This document shows positions 28,640 to 39,168 of a DNA stretch of 64,000 bases, in pieces. The notes below the pieces were generated by a model. The model saw nothing but the letters and a program-made list of their open reading frames with translations. It was not told the DNA's origin and searched no databases. Each line of letters opens with the position of its first letter. Position 1 is the first letter of the stretch. A program made the translations under genes and the position numbers. This stretch comes from a virus (taxonomy: Duplodnaviria; Caudoviricetes): IMG/VR virus record IMGVR_UViG_2974511964_000001, positions 32,001 to 96,000 of that record; one strand, given 5' to 3'.

Positions 28640-29275
28640 ATGAACGGTTCTGGAGCGCATAAAAAGGGCTCAAATTTTGAAAGAGATGTGGCTAAAGCAT
28701 TTACTAAGTGGTCTGGAGTTAAGTTTAATAGAACGTTTGCTTCTGGTGCTCAGGGGGACAAGTTTTCTAGTGACGTGCGGGTTACAGGCGACTTATTTGC
28801 ACCAGTAGACTATAACTTTCCATTTAGTGTAGAATGCAAATTTCATGATGATTTCAATTTAAGGAATGTATTTATCAACGGCTCTGTTGTACAGCTATTT
28901 CTAAAACAGAATGTTAGTGATGCAAGACGTAGCAATCGAGCCCCTATGCTAGTAGCTAAGGTATCTAGGCAGGATACATATGTTGTTCTTCCTTATACTG
29001 AGAATTTAGAAAACCTACTAATAACCAAGCAGGCACCATACTTCTTTAGGCGCATGTACTATCAAGATGACATGACTAAAAGGGTTTATAAGTTTGACAT
29101 GATTATTACAAATTTAAACTCTTTATTACTAGCAACGCCTAGTGAACTATGGGAATGGTATAATGATTTAGACTGGAATTATCTTAATGAAGACACCAAT
29201 ATTAGAGAAACTAATACTGATGTTGACAAACTAATAGGTCAGGTCAAAGGAGACTTAATTGAACATGGAGAATAA
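28640..29275 (+). CDS. Holliday junction resolvase (Hjc-like PD-(D/E)XK)
   Basis: KKGSNFER.VAK, SG, GDL, VECK. Confidence 0.85.
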   Translation: MNGSGAHKKGSNFERDVAKAFTKWSGVKFNRTFASGAQGDKFSSDVRVTGDLFAPVDYNFPFSVECKFHDDFNLRNVFINGSVVQLFLKQNVSDARRSNRAPMLVAKVSRQDTYVVLPYTENLENLLITKQAPYFFRRMYYQDDMTKRVYKFDMIITNLNSLLLATPSELWEWYNDLDWNYLNEDTNIRETNTDVDKLIGQVKGDLIEHGE

Positions 29276-29483
29276 ATTAAATGATAATGTAATTGAAGTA
29301 ACTAAGAACGGTAATACTTATTATGCTGAATCGGAAAGAATAAGTATTACACTAGAAGCAGAAGATGAAGGAATCTTTCAAGTAACTCAGGTAAGTATAA
29401 AAGATTATTTGTACCCGAGTGACATAAGTAAATCAGTCAAGCACGCAGTTAGATTAGCAACAAAACTGCAAAATACAGATTAA
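29259..29483 (+). CDS. Hypothetical protein
   Basis: Short ORF with RBS. Confidence 0.5.
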   Translation: MNMENKLNDNVIEVTKNGNTYYAESERISITLEAEDEGIFQVTQVSIKDYLYPSDISKSVKHAVRLATKLQNTD

Positions 29484-29497
29484 GGGAATGTAAGAAT

Positions 29498-30124
29498 ATG
29501 AGACTAGTTGAAAATTTAAATATTAATAATACGTTTAGGGCCTTAAATTTAAATACCTATATAGACCCGCATGAAGAAAAAGTAGTTAGAGTAACACAAG
29601 AGAACGAAGATAAGATTAGGTCAATCCTAAATGAGAATAAAGGAGAAGGATATCTGTTTATCATAGACGCTTCCAGTTCTCAGCCGGAGGTTATAAATGA
29701 TGTATATCGTTCCAAAGCCTATATTAATATAATGGTAGAGCGTGTATTGCCGATTCCAATGTTATTTGCTCTAGGTAGTAATAGAAGAGCCCAAGTTATC
29801 TATAAGTACCATGAAGGGTACACTAGAGAAGAGTTAACTAATATGGATACGGTTTCGGAAGTAGTTAAAACTTGTGTGATGGTGACAGCTGATGGTGAAA
29901 GCATCCCAAATATTAGCAAAATGTTATTCAACATGAACGACCTTAGGTATATAATTGATAGAGTATACTTTAACCTTGAAGAAACCAGCGAGAAAAAGAA
30001 AATGAAACTGTTTAAAGGAACTCATGAAGTTTTAGCACGTTGGAAGATTCAGTTGTATATCAAATGTAAGTCAGAGGAGGAGCGCCAGTCAATTTTGGAA
30101 GAGGGTGTTCTAATTGGTAGCTAA
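29498..30124 (+). CDS. Conserved hypothetical protein
   Basis: ORF immediately before the HU-like gene. Confidence 0.55.
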   Translation: MRLVENLNINNTFRALNLNTYIDPHEEKVVRVTQENEDKIRSILNENKGEGYLFIIDASSSQPEVINDVYRSKAYINIMVERVLPIPMLFALGSNRRAQVIYKYHEGYTREELTNMDTVSEVVKTCVMVTADGESIPNISKMLFNMNDLRYIIDRVYFNLEETSEKKKMKLFKGTHEVLARWKIQLYIKCKSEEERQSILEEGVLIGS

Positions 30125-30437
30125 AAAGACTATTAATCGGGACGACCTAGCCAGAGAATTGCACAACCGGTACCCCGAGTTTTTAATGAGGGATATAAAA
30201 TTACTGATTGAAGAGTTAGAAGTAATAGTGGCTGATGAGGTAGACTCTGGTAACAAAGTTAAGCTTGGCAAGCTGCTGGAACTAGAATCACAAACAAAAT
30301 CAAGTAGACGACACTATGATGGTATTGACAAGATTCATGGTGGCAAAGGTAAATATGTTGAGATTCCGGCTAGGAAAAGGGTAAAGTATACGCCCATGAA
30401 ATTATTGAAAGATATACAAAATAAACCAGTTAAGTAG
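30114..30437 (+). CDS. HU/IHF-like (TF1-like) DNA-binding protein
   Basis: INRDDLA, G.KV.LG, IPARKRVKY.P.K.LK. Confidence 0.85.
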   Translation: MVAKKTINRDDLARELHNRYPEFLMRDIKLLIEELEVIVADEVDSGNKVKLGKLLELESQTKSSRRHYDGIDKIHGGKGKYVEIPARKRVKYTPMKLLKDIQNKPVK

Positions 30438-30447
30438 GTGATATAAT

Positions 30448-30957
30448 TTGGCAGATATAACGCATGGAACGTGGATTAAAGATGGTAAGGTGGTTGACGC
30501 TGTTTATCAAGGCGGTGTTAAGGTATATGGACGTAACCTGTTAACAGGTACTGGTAATCATACTGTTACAGGGACAAGTAACAATGGTTATGTTTCTAAT
30601 GAAGATGCTAATCCGACACAATTATTCCAAGGGTTAGAAGGACAAACTGTAACTGCATCATATGACTATGAATACTCAGGATTCATTGCCGGAAGTGGTA
30701 ATAACCGTATAGTGTGGGAGGCAAGAATAGCTGCGGACACCATAATATATTTTGATTTATGGTATTATCCTAATAATGATTCAGGTTCAGGAAGAGTATC
30801 AAGAACATTTGTGGTACCTAAAAATGTAAAAACTGCCGGAAGTATGGGATATATTCAATTTTCTGGTTCTGGAACTGGGACTTTAAGCCATTTTAAATTA
30901 GAAAAAGGTAGTGTTGCTACCCCTTGGACGCCAGCACCAGAAGACATATTAAATTAA
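30448..30957 (+). CDS. Stand-alone carbohydrate-binding-like module, paralogous to the 3811-4251 segment of the baseplate gene
   Basis: Shared RNLLTGTG...LF.GLEG.TVT...SGSGR.S.TFVVP.NV...FSGSGTGTLSH.KLEKGSVATPW.PAPED. Confidence 0.8.
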   Translation: MADITHGTWIKDGKVVDAVYQGGVKVYGRNLLTGTGNHTVTGTSNNGYVSNEDANPTQLFQGLEGQTVTASYDYEYSGFIAGSGNNRIVWEARIAADTIIYFDLWYYPNNDSGSGRVSRTFVVPKNVKTAGSMGYIQFSGSGTGTLSHFKLEKGSVATPWTPAPEDILN

Positions 30958-31026
30958 AATATGTCAAGTTGAATAAGGGTTCCTAGTAACCACAATAAAA
31001 TTTGAATTTTATTCTGTAAATAATTA

Positions 31027-31059
31027 TTGACAAAGCATATCAGAAATGGTATGCTTTTT
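31027..31059 (+). promoter_or_regulatory. Hairpin promoter/terminator cassette, copy 1
   Basis: TTGACA-AAGCATATCAGAAATGG-TATGCT-TTTT; palindrome spans spacer and -10. Confidence 0.85.
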
Positions 31060-31090
31060 ATGTTATAATGAATGGAAGGAGGAAATAATA

Positions 31091-31390
31091 ATGACTAAAT
31101 CATCTAATTTAGATAAAATATTTAAGAACATGAATGATGACTGGTTCTTTATGGACTCACATGCTGAGGACTTTGTTACACTAATTCTGTATGATACAGA
31201 GAACTATATGATTGTTGGGCGCACTAATGATATTGTTGCTATGAAATATGCTGACAATGATTATGTAGAGGATTACCAAAACAAATTTGATGACCTTTAT
31301 GAAGAACAGACAGGTCATGAAAATTCACAATATCGGTTTGAGCTGGTACCGGTTGGTGTCACTTCAGTTGCTCTAAAATATAATTTATAA
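31091..31390 (+). CDS. Small acidic hypothetical protein
   Basis: AGGAGG RBS, ATG at 31091. Confidence 0.6.
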   Translation: MTKSSNLDKIFKNMNDDWFFMDSHAEDFVTLILYDTENYMIVGRTNDIVAMKYADNDYVEDYQNKFDDLYEEQTGHENSQYRFELVPVGVTSVALKYNL

Positions 31391-31452
31391 TAAATAAAAA
31401 CTATGTATCAAGCCGTTTAAATGGGCGGAAGATACAGAAAGTAGGTAATTTA

Positions 31453-33710
31453 ATGGTTAAAGTAATGGCAGTACTAGAGTTCCCTAGAGTATCATATTTC
31501 AAGAAGTCTACTAATGGAGAGTATGATTTTAATTTTATGTCTACTAGGGCTGGAAAGCTACTAAATAAGACATTGACAGCTCCTAGAGCAGGATTAGGAC
31601 TTGATTTAAAAGATGTTGATATAGAATTTGCGTATGATTCTATTCCAAAAGTATATAAAGACAATAGCTATGCACCTATCTCAATTAAATCTGGTAAGCC
31701 TTCCTTTGATAGATTAAAAGCTAAGATAGCAGAAACTAATCCAGATTTACTATTAGCGTTTGGTGGCACATCTTGTTTAGCATTGTTGGGTAAGAAGGGG
31801 GTTAATGACCTAAGAGGACGCCCTTATGATTTATCCTTAGAGAATAGAACTTACACTGTTTTCCCAATGCTTAACCCAGAAGATATTTTAACTTCACCTA
31901 ATAAAGAACTACTGTTAAAAGTTGATATTGGTCTAGTTAAACGATTTTTAAAGGGTGGCAAGGAAGCTTTAAAGCCTAACGTAGGTAAGTATGAACTGGT
32001 GGAAGACTTTAGTAGAGTTAAACAAATATTTACTAACATTTTAGGGTTACCCCCATTGTCTAAGCCTAAATATAATATTGTAGCAGTCGATACCGAAACT
32101 AATACACTGGAAACTAACAACAAGGGTGCTAAGCCTATTATTCTATCATTGTCATGGGAAGAGCACCAAGGAGTATGTATCCCTCTAAAGCATGATTTAG
32201 TCCCAGATTTATGGACAGATGAACAGTTTAACCAAATAAAACAGTGGATACTAGATTTATTTGAAGCGGACCAGTGGAAGGTTCTACACAATGGGAAATA
32301 TGATATCAAGATGTTTATGGATACTTATGGGCTAAAACATGCTCGCAAGTGTGTGGATACCTTAATCATGTTCTGGATTAGCGTTATCGAAGAAAGCACA
32401 GTCAGCAAAGGGTTGAAGGATTTAGCTTGGTTATATACGGATATGGGTGGTTATGAAGAACCACTAGATGAATTTAAAGAATCCTATGTACAAAAGGATT
32501 ATGACCGTTGGTATAAGGAAGAGGAGCAGCGATTAATTGATGAGGCTAAAGCTAATCCATTAAAAACAGGTAAGCCTCGCAAGCCTAAATTACCAGCCAA
32601 GTCGAATTACCCCGGATTAGTTAACAAAGTGGATGGTAGCAAGTTTAACTATGAATGGATTCCATTAGAAATTATTTACCCGTATGCTGCCGGTGACACT
32701 GATGCTTGTTTACGGATTTATAATCAGTTGTTTAAGAAGGTTAAAACTAATCCTAATTGGGTAAACTTAGTGTTCAATGTGTATCCTAAGCTAGATGATG
32801 CCTTATGCCATATGGAACATAACGGTTTACAAATTGACAATAACAAGGCCAAAGAGCTGGCTAAGGCTTATGGTGACCGTAAAGAAAACACCTTGAATGC
32901 TATTCATAAGATAGTTCCAGAGATTAAGCAGGTAGAGCAAGAGAGAATTGATAACCTAGCTAAGCGAGCTAAACTAATGGCAAGTGTTAAGCCTAAGGAT
33001 AGAACTGAGGAAGATAAAGCTTTCATCAAAGAGGCTGGTAAGTACAACGGTAACAACCCTAAGACTGGTGAGCCAAAGTATAAAGTTAATTTAGACTCGA
33101 ATAATGACCTCGGATATATTCTGTATGAAGTATTGGGGTATACCTTACCACCAGAACCAAACTTTCTAACTGATACTACTGTTAAGCACCGTATTCCACA
33201 AGATAAGCTAACTTATAAAAACTATCGAGTTAATATCGAGGCTATTGAGTATATTCGTGATAACTATGATAAGAAGCTAGGTGAGTTGCTAGTAACGTAT
33301 AGTAAGACTGTTACTGCCTTGTCAGGTTTTGTGCTTAAGTTACCAGCATTACAAGACCCTAATGGGAGAATCCATACTAGGTTTAACCCAACTGGTACAG
33401 TTACAAGCCGCCTTAGCTCGTCAGGAAATTTTAATGCTCAGAACCTTACTAGGCCAGAAACAGACCCCCGCAAGTTTAATCATAAGTATTCAGTTAAGTC
33501 AATGATTCATTCCCGTTTTAAGGGTGGTGTTATTGCCAATATTGACTTTAAATCACTGGAAGTATATGTAATGGCACTTATCTCTAAAGACCGCTCCTTA
33601 ACGCAAACATTACTAGATAATAAAGATGTTCATAAGCATAATGCTAGTGTTGCCTATGGTATACCGGAAGAGGATGTAACTAAGGATTTACGAACGAAAG
33701 CAAAAGCCGT
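31453..33710 (+). CDS. Family A DNA polymerase, exon 1 (UDG-like N-domain, 3'-5' exonuclease, motif A)
   Basis: VDTET, HNGKYD, YAAGD, TGTVTSRLSS, DFKSLE, DVH, R.KAKAV. Confidence 0.92.
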
Positions 33711-34858
33711 AGACTAAGTTGCGGCGTACCCCAGCGATGGGATATGGAAAACCTGTTGAAGTCGGGCATGGCTAAAGTAAGATAAAAATACCCAACCTCT
33801 GAAAAGAGGACGAGAAAGCCGATAAGAGAGCCTACGTCCATGCTAGTGGATAGTGGTAATCCCGAGCCAAGAATCTATTTATCTCTGCTGATTGAAAGGG
33901 CGGAGTAAGATAATATGAACTATCATAACTTAAAAATACTAATTAAAGACAATAATAAGTATGCTAAGAGTTTAAACAATAAATTGCATAATCTGCAAAA
34001 AAGAGTAGTTGATAAATGTACTAATCCTAATAATAAGAAATATCATGTTTACGGTGGCCGAGGAGTCTCTTATGACCCAAACTGGAATGACCCAGAAAAT
34101 TTTGTTAGAGACGCCCTATCAATAGATGGTTTTAATACTATGGAGTTCTTAAAAGGGAACCTACAGCTCGATAAGGATTGTAAAGACCCAAATGGTAAAA
34201 TGTATAATAAGAACTTATGTACTTGGCTATCTAATAATGAAAACGAGAAAGTAAAGCCATCGAGATGGAAGGACTACCATGCTTATTGTTATGACAAAGA
34301 AACGCTTTACAATTTTAATGAAATAACAAAAGCAACTGACTCACTGGGAATAAATAGAACTGCAATTAATAGAGCATTAGCTAGAAACTCTAGTGAGAAC
34401 CGTAAACTTACCCCTACAACAACAATGGGGTGGATATTCTGGGAAGGTAATAATAAACCCTCTAGATTTAAGGAGTATAGCGCTAGTAATATTGATGGTA
34501 CTATCAGGGTAAAGTCTTTAACCCAGAGCAAGGTAGAAAAACTATTAGGAATCGGTGGGTCTAAGTTTCATAAGATGTTAAAATCTGGTAAGAGTAAATG
34601 CTTGTATAAAAACAAGTTTGTACTGGAAATTTCTAATGTTGACCTAGACAAGCCGAAATATATTGTTAATTTTTAGTGGATGATAGATAGATTAAGGTGT
34701 AGAGACTATCGAAACGGTAAGCTAATATTACAGGTATTAGCTGAGAACGGAGTAGAGTACACATGCAAATGTGGAAGTGGCAGGGTTCTTATAGTAACGT
34801 ATAAGAATAGGATATAGTCCATGGTAACTTAAATAGGTGAAAACTAATCGTTACCATA
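33711..34858 (+). mobile_element. Group I intron (IA-like) in DNA polymerase motif B; predicted terminal nucleotide is A
   Basis: P1 GCCGU|A..UGCGGC with U-G pair; P7 GAGACUA (34702-34708) / UAGUCC (34815-34820); P8; P9 AUGGUAAC/GUUACCAU; P10 AAGUU/AACUU; splicing restores KAKAVTFGLLYG. Confidence 0.9.
33915..34676 (+). CDS. Intron-encoded HNH-type homing endonuclease
   Basis: C.NPN...Y..YGGRG, LDKD...Y....C.W....N; C-terminal NUMOD/HTH-like repeats. Confidence 0.8.
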   Translation: MNYHNLKILIKDNNKYAKSLNNKLHNLQKRVVDKCTNPNNKKYHVYGGRGVSYDPNWNDPENFVRDALSIDGFNTMEFLKGNLQLDKDCKDPNGKMYNKNLCTWLSNNENEKVKPSRWKDYHAYCYDKETLYNFNEITKATDSLGINRTAINRALARNSSENRKLTPTTTMGWIFWEGNNKPSRFKEYSASNIDGTIRVKSLTQSKVEKLLGIGGSKFHKMLKSGKSKCLYKNKFVLEISNVDLDKPKYIVNF

Positions 34859-35618
34859 AACTTTTGGCTTATTATATGGTGAGTCTGCCAGCGGTATGGC
34901 TACTAAGCAAGGTATCAGCATAGATGAAGCACAAGAAACAATTGACAAGATTCTAGGAGCTATGCCGGGGGTTAGAGACTTTATTGAACGAACACACGAA
35001 GAAGCTAAACGTAACTATTATGTAGAGACTATGGTTGGCTTTAGACGGCGTTTAGGTGACTTAAAGAGTAATGACCGTGGGAAGTCATCACGAGCACTTA
35101 GGCAGTCAGTCAATGCTATCATTCAAGGTTCTGGTTCTAGTTTGCTAGTATTAGGGTTAATTAAGGCTAGAGAGCTATTTGAGAAATATCATATGAAGTC
35201 AGTCTTAGCCATCACTGTTCATGACTCCATTGTAATTGACTGTCATCCAGATGAAGTGGCTAAGGCAATTGAGATTGTTAAGTGGAGCATGGAGCATGTA
35301 GACTTACCTATCTTAGTTAATAATGATGCTACTGGTTATAATGTGCCAGAACAGTATCAGTTACCAGACAATAAGTTTAGATTCCCACTTAGAGCCGAAC
35401 CAGAAGTAGGATTAAATTACAATGACGATGTTGACTTTGACCTAGAGGACTATAAGAAGTTCGCTAGTGCCTATGGGTATTGCCAATATAACTATGCAAT
35501 GACTAAGCTAAACCAGTTAATTGAATACGAAGTTGAACCAGAAGAGGAAGTCAACAAGAAGAAGGCTAAACTTGAAGAAGCTAAGCCAGTATTTGAAAGG
35601 CTACAATATGAAGGATGA
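34859..35618 (+). CDS. Family A DNA polymerase, exon 2
   Basis: TFGLLYG, GFRRR, NAIIQG, TVHDS (motif C); spliced product about 1005 aa. Confidence 0.92.
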
Positions 35619-35772
35619 TAACCAGTTAGAAGAAGTCAACAAAGTTATGAAAAAGTTTTATCGAGAGCACAAGCATGAGCTTGACAAAAAGTATGAGGAA
35701 TTAAAGGCATACAATGATGCTCACTATGAAGAATTTATTAATAAGCTAAAGTCGGAAATTAATAAAAAATAA
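35608..35772 (+). CDS. Small hypothetical protein
   Basis: ATG overlapping the end of pol. Confidence 0.45.
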   Translation: MKDDNQLEEVNKVMKKFYREHKHELDKKYEELKAYNDAHYEEFINKLKSEINKK

Positions 35773-35776
35773 TGTG

Positions 35777-35808
35777 TTGACAAAGGATACCAGACATGGT
35801 ATCCTTTT
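35777..35808 (+). promoter_or_regulatory. Hairpin promoter/terminator cassette, copy 2
   Basis: TTGACAAAGGATACCAGACATGGTATCCTTTT. Confidence 0.85.
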
Positions 35809-35838
35809 ATTATAGAAAAAGAAAGAAGGATATTAATT

Positions 35839-36249
35839 ATGAGTTATTCAGAAGCAATGGCTAAACATTATCAAGATAAACGGAAAGATATTAATACTAA
35901 TTATCAATTAGAGGATGCAACTACTTATCTTTTCAAGAAGGGAGTAACTGTTTATTCTAAAATTAAGCTTGATAGCAATATCTTTGGTCGGGTAAAAGAA
36001 ATCATAAGAAAAAACGACAATGATTGTGATTACTTTATTGATTCCCCTATCTATTCAGATGAATTTATGAAGGAACGTAATAAGGAAATTGCTAGTGCTG
36101 AAACAGTTGATGAATTAGTAGCTTACCTAGATGACCTTGATGAAAGTATCAAAGTTATCAGGGCAGATGATTATGTGGAAAAAGGATTAGGACTTGAACA
36201 ACAGGTAGCAAGTGACGGGATTCATCTAAAGACATATCTTTACATTTAA
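35839..36249 (+). CDS. Hypothetical protein
   Basis: ORF with RBS after promoter. Confidence 0.6.
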   Translation: MSYSEAMAKHYQDKRKDINTNYQLEDATTYLFKKGVTVYSKIKLDSNIFGRVKEIIRKNDNDCDYFIDSPIYSDEFMKERNKEIASAETVDELVAYLDDLDESIKVIRADDYVEKGLGLEQQVASDGIHLKTYLYI

Positions 36250-36261
36250 GGAGGCTCTACC

Positions 36262-36750
36262 ATGACAGTGGCTAATAAGCTTAAGTATAATAATGAGCTA
36301 GAAGGTATCTATGAATACGCTGATAAAGTGCTAGATGGTTGGTTACAGTTTAACTATAGTCTCATGGAAGAAAGGCTAGCCAGTAAGCTAAACAAGTTCT
36401 TTGATGGAGTAGGAAAAGGCCATTTTGAAGATGTTATGGGACATGACTCTGATGAGGATGTATTGCCAATTGACATCACTGTGGACCAGGTAGCTTACCT
36501 AGCTCAGCGAGTAATTATTATAATGAATGACAGTAGCAATGTATTTGCCGCCCTAAATAATATTGTACCAGCTAGAAATATCAAGATATATGACAACTTA
36601 TTTGGTACCTATGTATCAATTGATGCTGTCAATAAGCCAATGAATTATTATCGAGGCATCTATGGAAGCATTCAAGAATTTTTAGATGATTACCATGGTA
36701 TGACAGAAACAAATTTACTTGGAGGTGACAAAGTTGGACAAAACTTATAG
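36262..36750 (+). CDS. Hypothetical protein
   Basis: AAGGAGG RBS. Confidence 0.6.
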   Translation: MTVANKLKYNNELEGIYEYADKVLDGWLQFNYSLMEERLASKLNKFFDGVGKGHFEDVMGHDSDEDVLPIDITVDQVAYLAQRVIIIMNDSSNVFAALNNIVPARNIKIYDNLFGTYVSIDAVNKPMNYYRGIYGSIQEFLDDYHGMTETNLLGGDKVGQNL

Positions 36751-37339
36751 CAAACAGTTAGATGAATTTAAGCGTCTTCACCATGAATTGTCTGAGACCA
36801 TTAATAAATTCAATGAATCATTTAATAAGATTGAGGAATTAATTGATGAAATTTCTAAACGGGAGTTTGGCCTAGAGCTACCTGAGGTTAATTATGAGGA
36901 AGATAAGTACGACCCAGTACCTTGTGATGATACCGATGTTAGCGGAATTAGTATTCGGTTGACTAATGTTAATACTGGGAAGTCAGCAACCTATAGTTCG
37001 CTAGCAAAAGCTGCCAATATGAATCATATTTCTGTTAGTGCAATTAGCATTGCTAGTCGTAAGGGGAGTTTAATCTATGGTGTACTAAAGGTTGAGCGTT
37101 TAAAGGAAAAACCGTTGACGACTAATAATATGCGAAGAGTTTCGGTGTATGATGGAGATACTAATAAGGTATATAGTTCTGTTTTAGAGGCTAGTCAAGA
37201 GGTAGGAGTTAACTACTCAGATTTTTCTACCGCATTAAGCTATGGTGAGATTACAAACAAGTATGGTCATCACTACCAGATTAAACGATTAGATGAACGC
37301 AAAGACGAAAATCATAGCATTGAGTTACCTAAGATTTGA
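36734..37339 (+). CDS. Coiled coil + two NUMOD1/HTH-like DNA-binding repeats
   Basis: TYSSLAKAA..H.S.S.I and VYSSVLEAS..VGV..S.F repeats; TTG after GGAGGTG. Confidence 0.6.
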   Translation: MDKTYSKQLDEFKRLHHELSETINKFNESFNKIEELIDEISKREFGLELPEVNYEEDKYDPVPCDDTDVSGISIRLTNVNTGKSATYSSLAKAANMNHISVSAISIASRKGSLIYGVLKVERLKEKPLTTNNMRRVSVYDGDTNKVYSSVLEASQEVGVNYSDFSTALSYGEITNKYGHHYQIKRLDERKDENHSIELPKI

Positions 37340-37354
37340 AGGTGGTGATAACTA

Positions 37355-37846
37355 ATGGCAATTGACATTACTAATATTGGGGAGATTGAAGAAATTTCTT
37401 ATCGTAACCAGAGAGGCGAAATTGTAACTATTGACCCCAAAAAGTTGTTAGGATTCAATCGTAATAACTTACCATTTGAAAGCCAAGCTAACACCTATTT
37501 TCTAGTAGCTAGATTAGCTGAACTAGCAAAATTAAAGGTTGAAAACTTAAAAGTTGACCAACGAAAACTAGAGGGTGAACTATATGCTAAGTATGCTAAT
37601 GATGATGGTTTAAAAGCGACAAATAATGGGCGTAAACCCACAGAGGGAACTATTAGCCATATGATAGATAGTGATGAGAGCATGGTAGAACTTAGCAAGA
37701 AGCTTAACAATAACAACTATAAGGCTCAGCTACTTAATCGTCTAGTAAAGGCGTTTGAACAACGTAAAGACCTAATGCAATCACTTTCTGCACAAATGAG
37801 ACAAGAAAATTCATTTGGTGTACCAAGTAATCCTGATAAACAGTAA
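37355..37846 (+). CDS. UvsY-like recombination mediator
   Basis: Helical; K.TE.I...I..D and KAFEQRKD.MQS motifs; adjacent to SSB and RecA. Confidence 0.65.
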   Translation: MAIDITNIGEIEEISYRNQRGEIVTIDPKKLLGFNRNNLPFESQANTYFLVARLAELAKLKVENLKVDQRKLEGELYAKYANDDGLKATNNGRKPTEGTISHMIDSDESMVELSKKLNNNNYKAQLLNRLVKAFEQRKDLMQSLSAQMRQENSFGVPSNPDKQ

Positions 37847-37916
37847 TTCTACGAAAAAGTGGGATTTTTGGCATCTCGTGTTATAATGTATATATTAAGA
37901 AATGAGGTAATTAATA

Positions 37917-39149
37917 ATGGACTTTAGTAAGAAACTCCAAGCTGAATTGAATAAAGCTAACAATGAAGGTGGCAGTAACAATCGTGATAATGGCCCACAA
38001 CGTAAGAGTAAGCAGGTATTTGTAAATGGTAAGAATGGGTTATTTGCTCGTATTTTACCATTGGGTGATAAGTGGTTCGCAGTTACTACTAAACGAGTAC
38101 AAATGACCTTGCCTAAGACTAACGGCGAATATACAATGAGCCCTATCTTAGATATGGATAACAAAGACGATAAGTTAGCACAACTTATTAAGAAGGTACA
38201 ACATTTTAACTATGAATATCGTGACTCGCATGATGTTGATAGCACATATGATGCTATTGGCTTAAACAAGCAACCTTATGGTGGTGGTGAACCAAATACT
38301 AGAGTACAAACACGTGTCGAATTTGTCGGTATCCAGATGGTAACTGATGCCAATGGTAACGTAACTATGGAAGCCGGCCCTAACGGACCAATCATTCGTA
38401 ACTTTTCAGCATCAGGGGCTGTGTATAATAGTTTACTTGACATCATGGCTGATAAGACTTATAAGGTTAATGGGCAACCATTTGCAGACTCCTTAGGGTT
38501 TGTATCTGCCCGTGATACGTTCCCGGTACAAGCAAAGTTGCATGGTAATCAATGGAGCGTCAATCCACGTCCAGACATTATTGTACCAACTATGAATTAT
38601 AACTACTTGGAAAAAGATGTTAGTGGTGAAGACTATAAATACTTCGATGACCCATACCGGTTTAATCAACCATTGATGGTAGCCAACCCAGACTTCTACG
38701 AACGTGTTCTCGGCCAAGTTCAGGATATTGTAGCTAAGCGTATGCTTGAATTGAAGAACCAAGATGCAGGTTATGCTGGCAATCCTTATTTACAATCAGG
38801 TTCAGAAGATAGCCAAGCATCAAATTCACCAGAACCAGACACCACTAAAACTGCTAGTGCCTATCCAGAACCATGGGCGGTATCGGGTGGAGTTCCAGAA
38901 AACCCGGGTAAGGTAGATTTAAATGAAGACAGTACCCCAGAATCACAGGTAGTTAACCAAGGATATGCTCCACAAGGCTCTCAGACAGCACCACAAGCTC
39001 AAGAATCAGCTAATACCCAGCCACAGGTACAAACACCTCAGGCAAGCCAAGAATCAAATGACAAGGCAACTAGTGCTTCTACTGATATGGGTAATGGCAT
39101 GGAAGCTGACAATAACGTTGACGACTTATTATCTAGTTTAGGATTATAA
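37917..39149 (+). CDS. Single-stranded DNA-binding protein (gp32-like)
   Basis: ARILP motif; disordered acidic tail ending DDLLSSLGL; upstream of the recombinase. Confidence 0.75.
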   Translation: MDFSKKLQAELNKANNEGGSNNRDNGPQRKSKQVFVNGKNGLFARILPLGDKWFAVTTKRVQMTLPKTNGEYTMSPILDMDNKDDKLAQLIKKVQHFNYEYRDSHDVDSTYDAIGLNKQPYGGGEPNTRVQTRVEFVGIQMVTDANGNVTMEAGPNGPIIRNFSASGAVYNSLLDIMADKTYKVNGQPFADSLGFVSARDTFPVQAKLHGNQWSVNPRPDIIVPTMNYNYLEKDVSGEDYKYFDDPYRFNQPLMVANPDFYERVLGQVQDIVAKRMLELKNQDAGYAGNPYLQSGSEDSQASNSPEPDTTKTASAYPEPWAVSGGVPENPGKVDLNEDSTPESQVVNQGYAPQGSQTAPQAQESANTQPQVQTPQASQESNDKATSASTDMGNGMEADNNVDDLLSSLGL

Positions 39150-39168
39150 TAGGGGGTAATTGATTAAT

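Noticed and set aside
3811-30957. Paralogous module pair as a diversity-generating retroelement TR/VR
   Set aside because: No reverse transcriptase in the window; differences include indels and are not adenine-specific.
4905-37354. Recurrent GGTGAT(A) motif before many start codons
   Set aside because: Explained as the extended Shine-Dalgarno complement of the 16S rRNA 3' end, not an operator.
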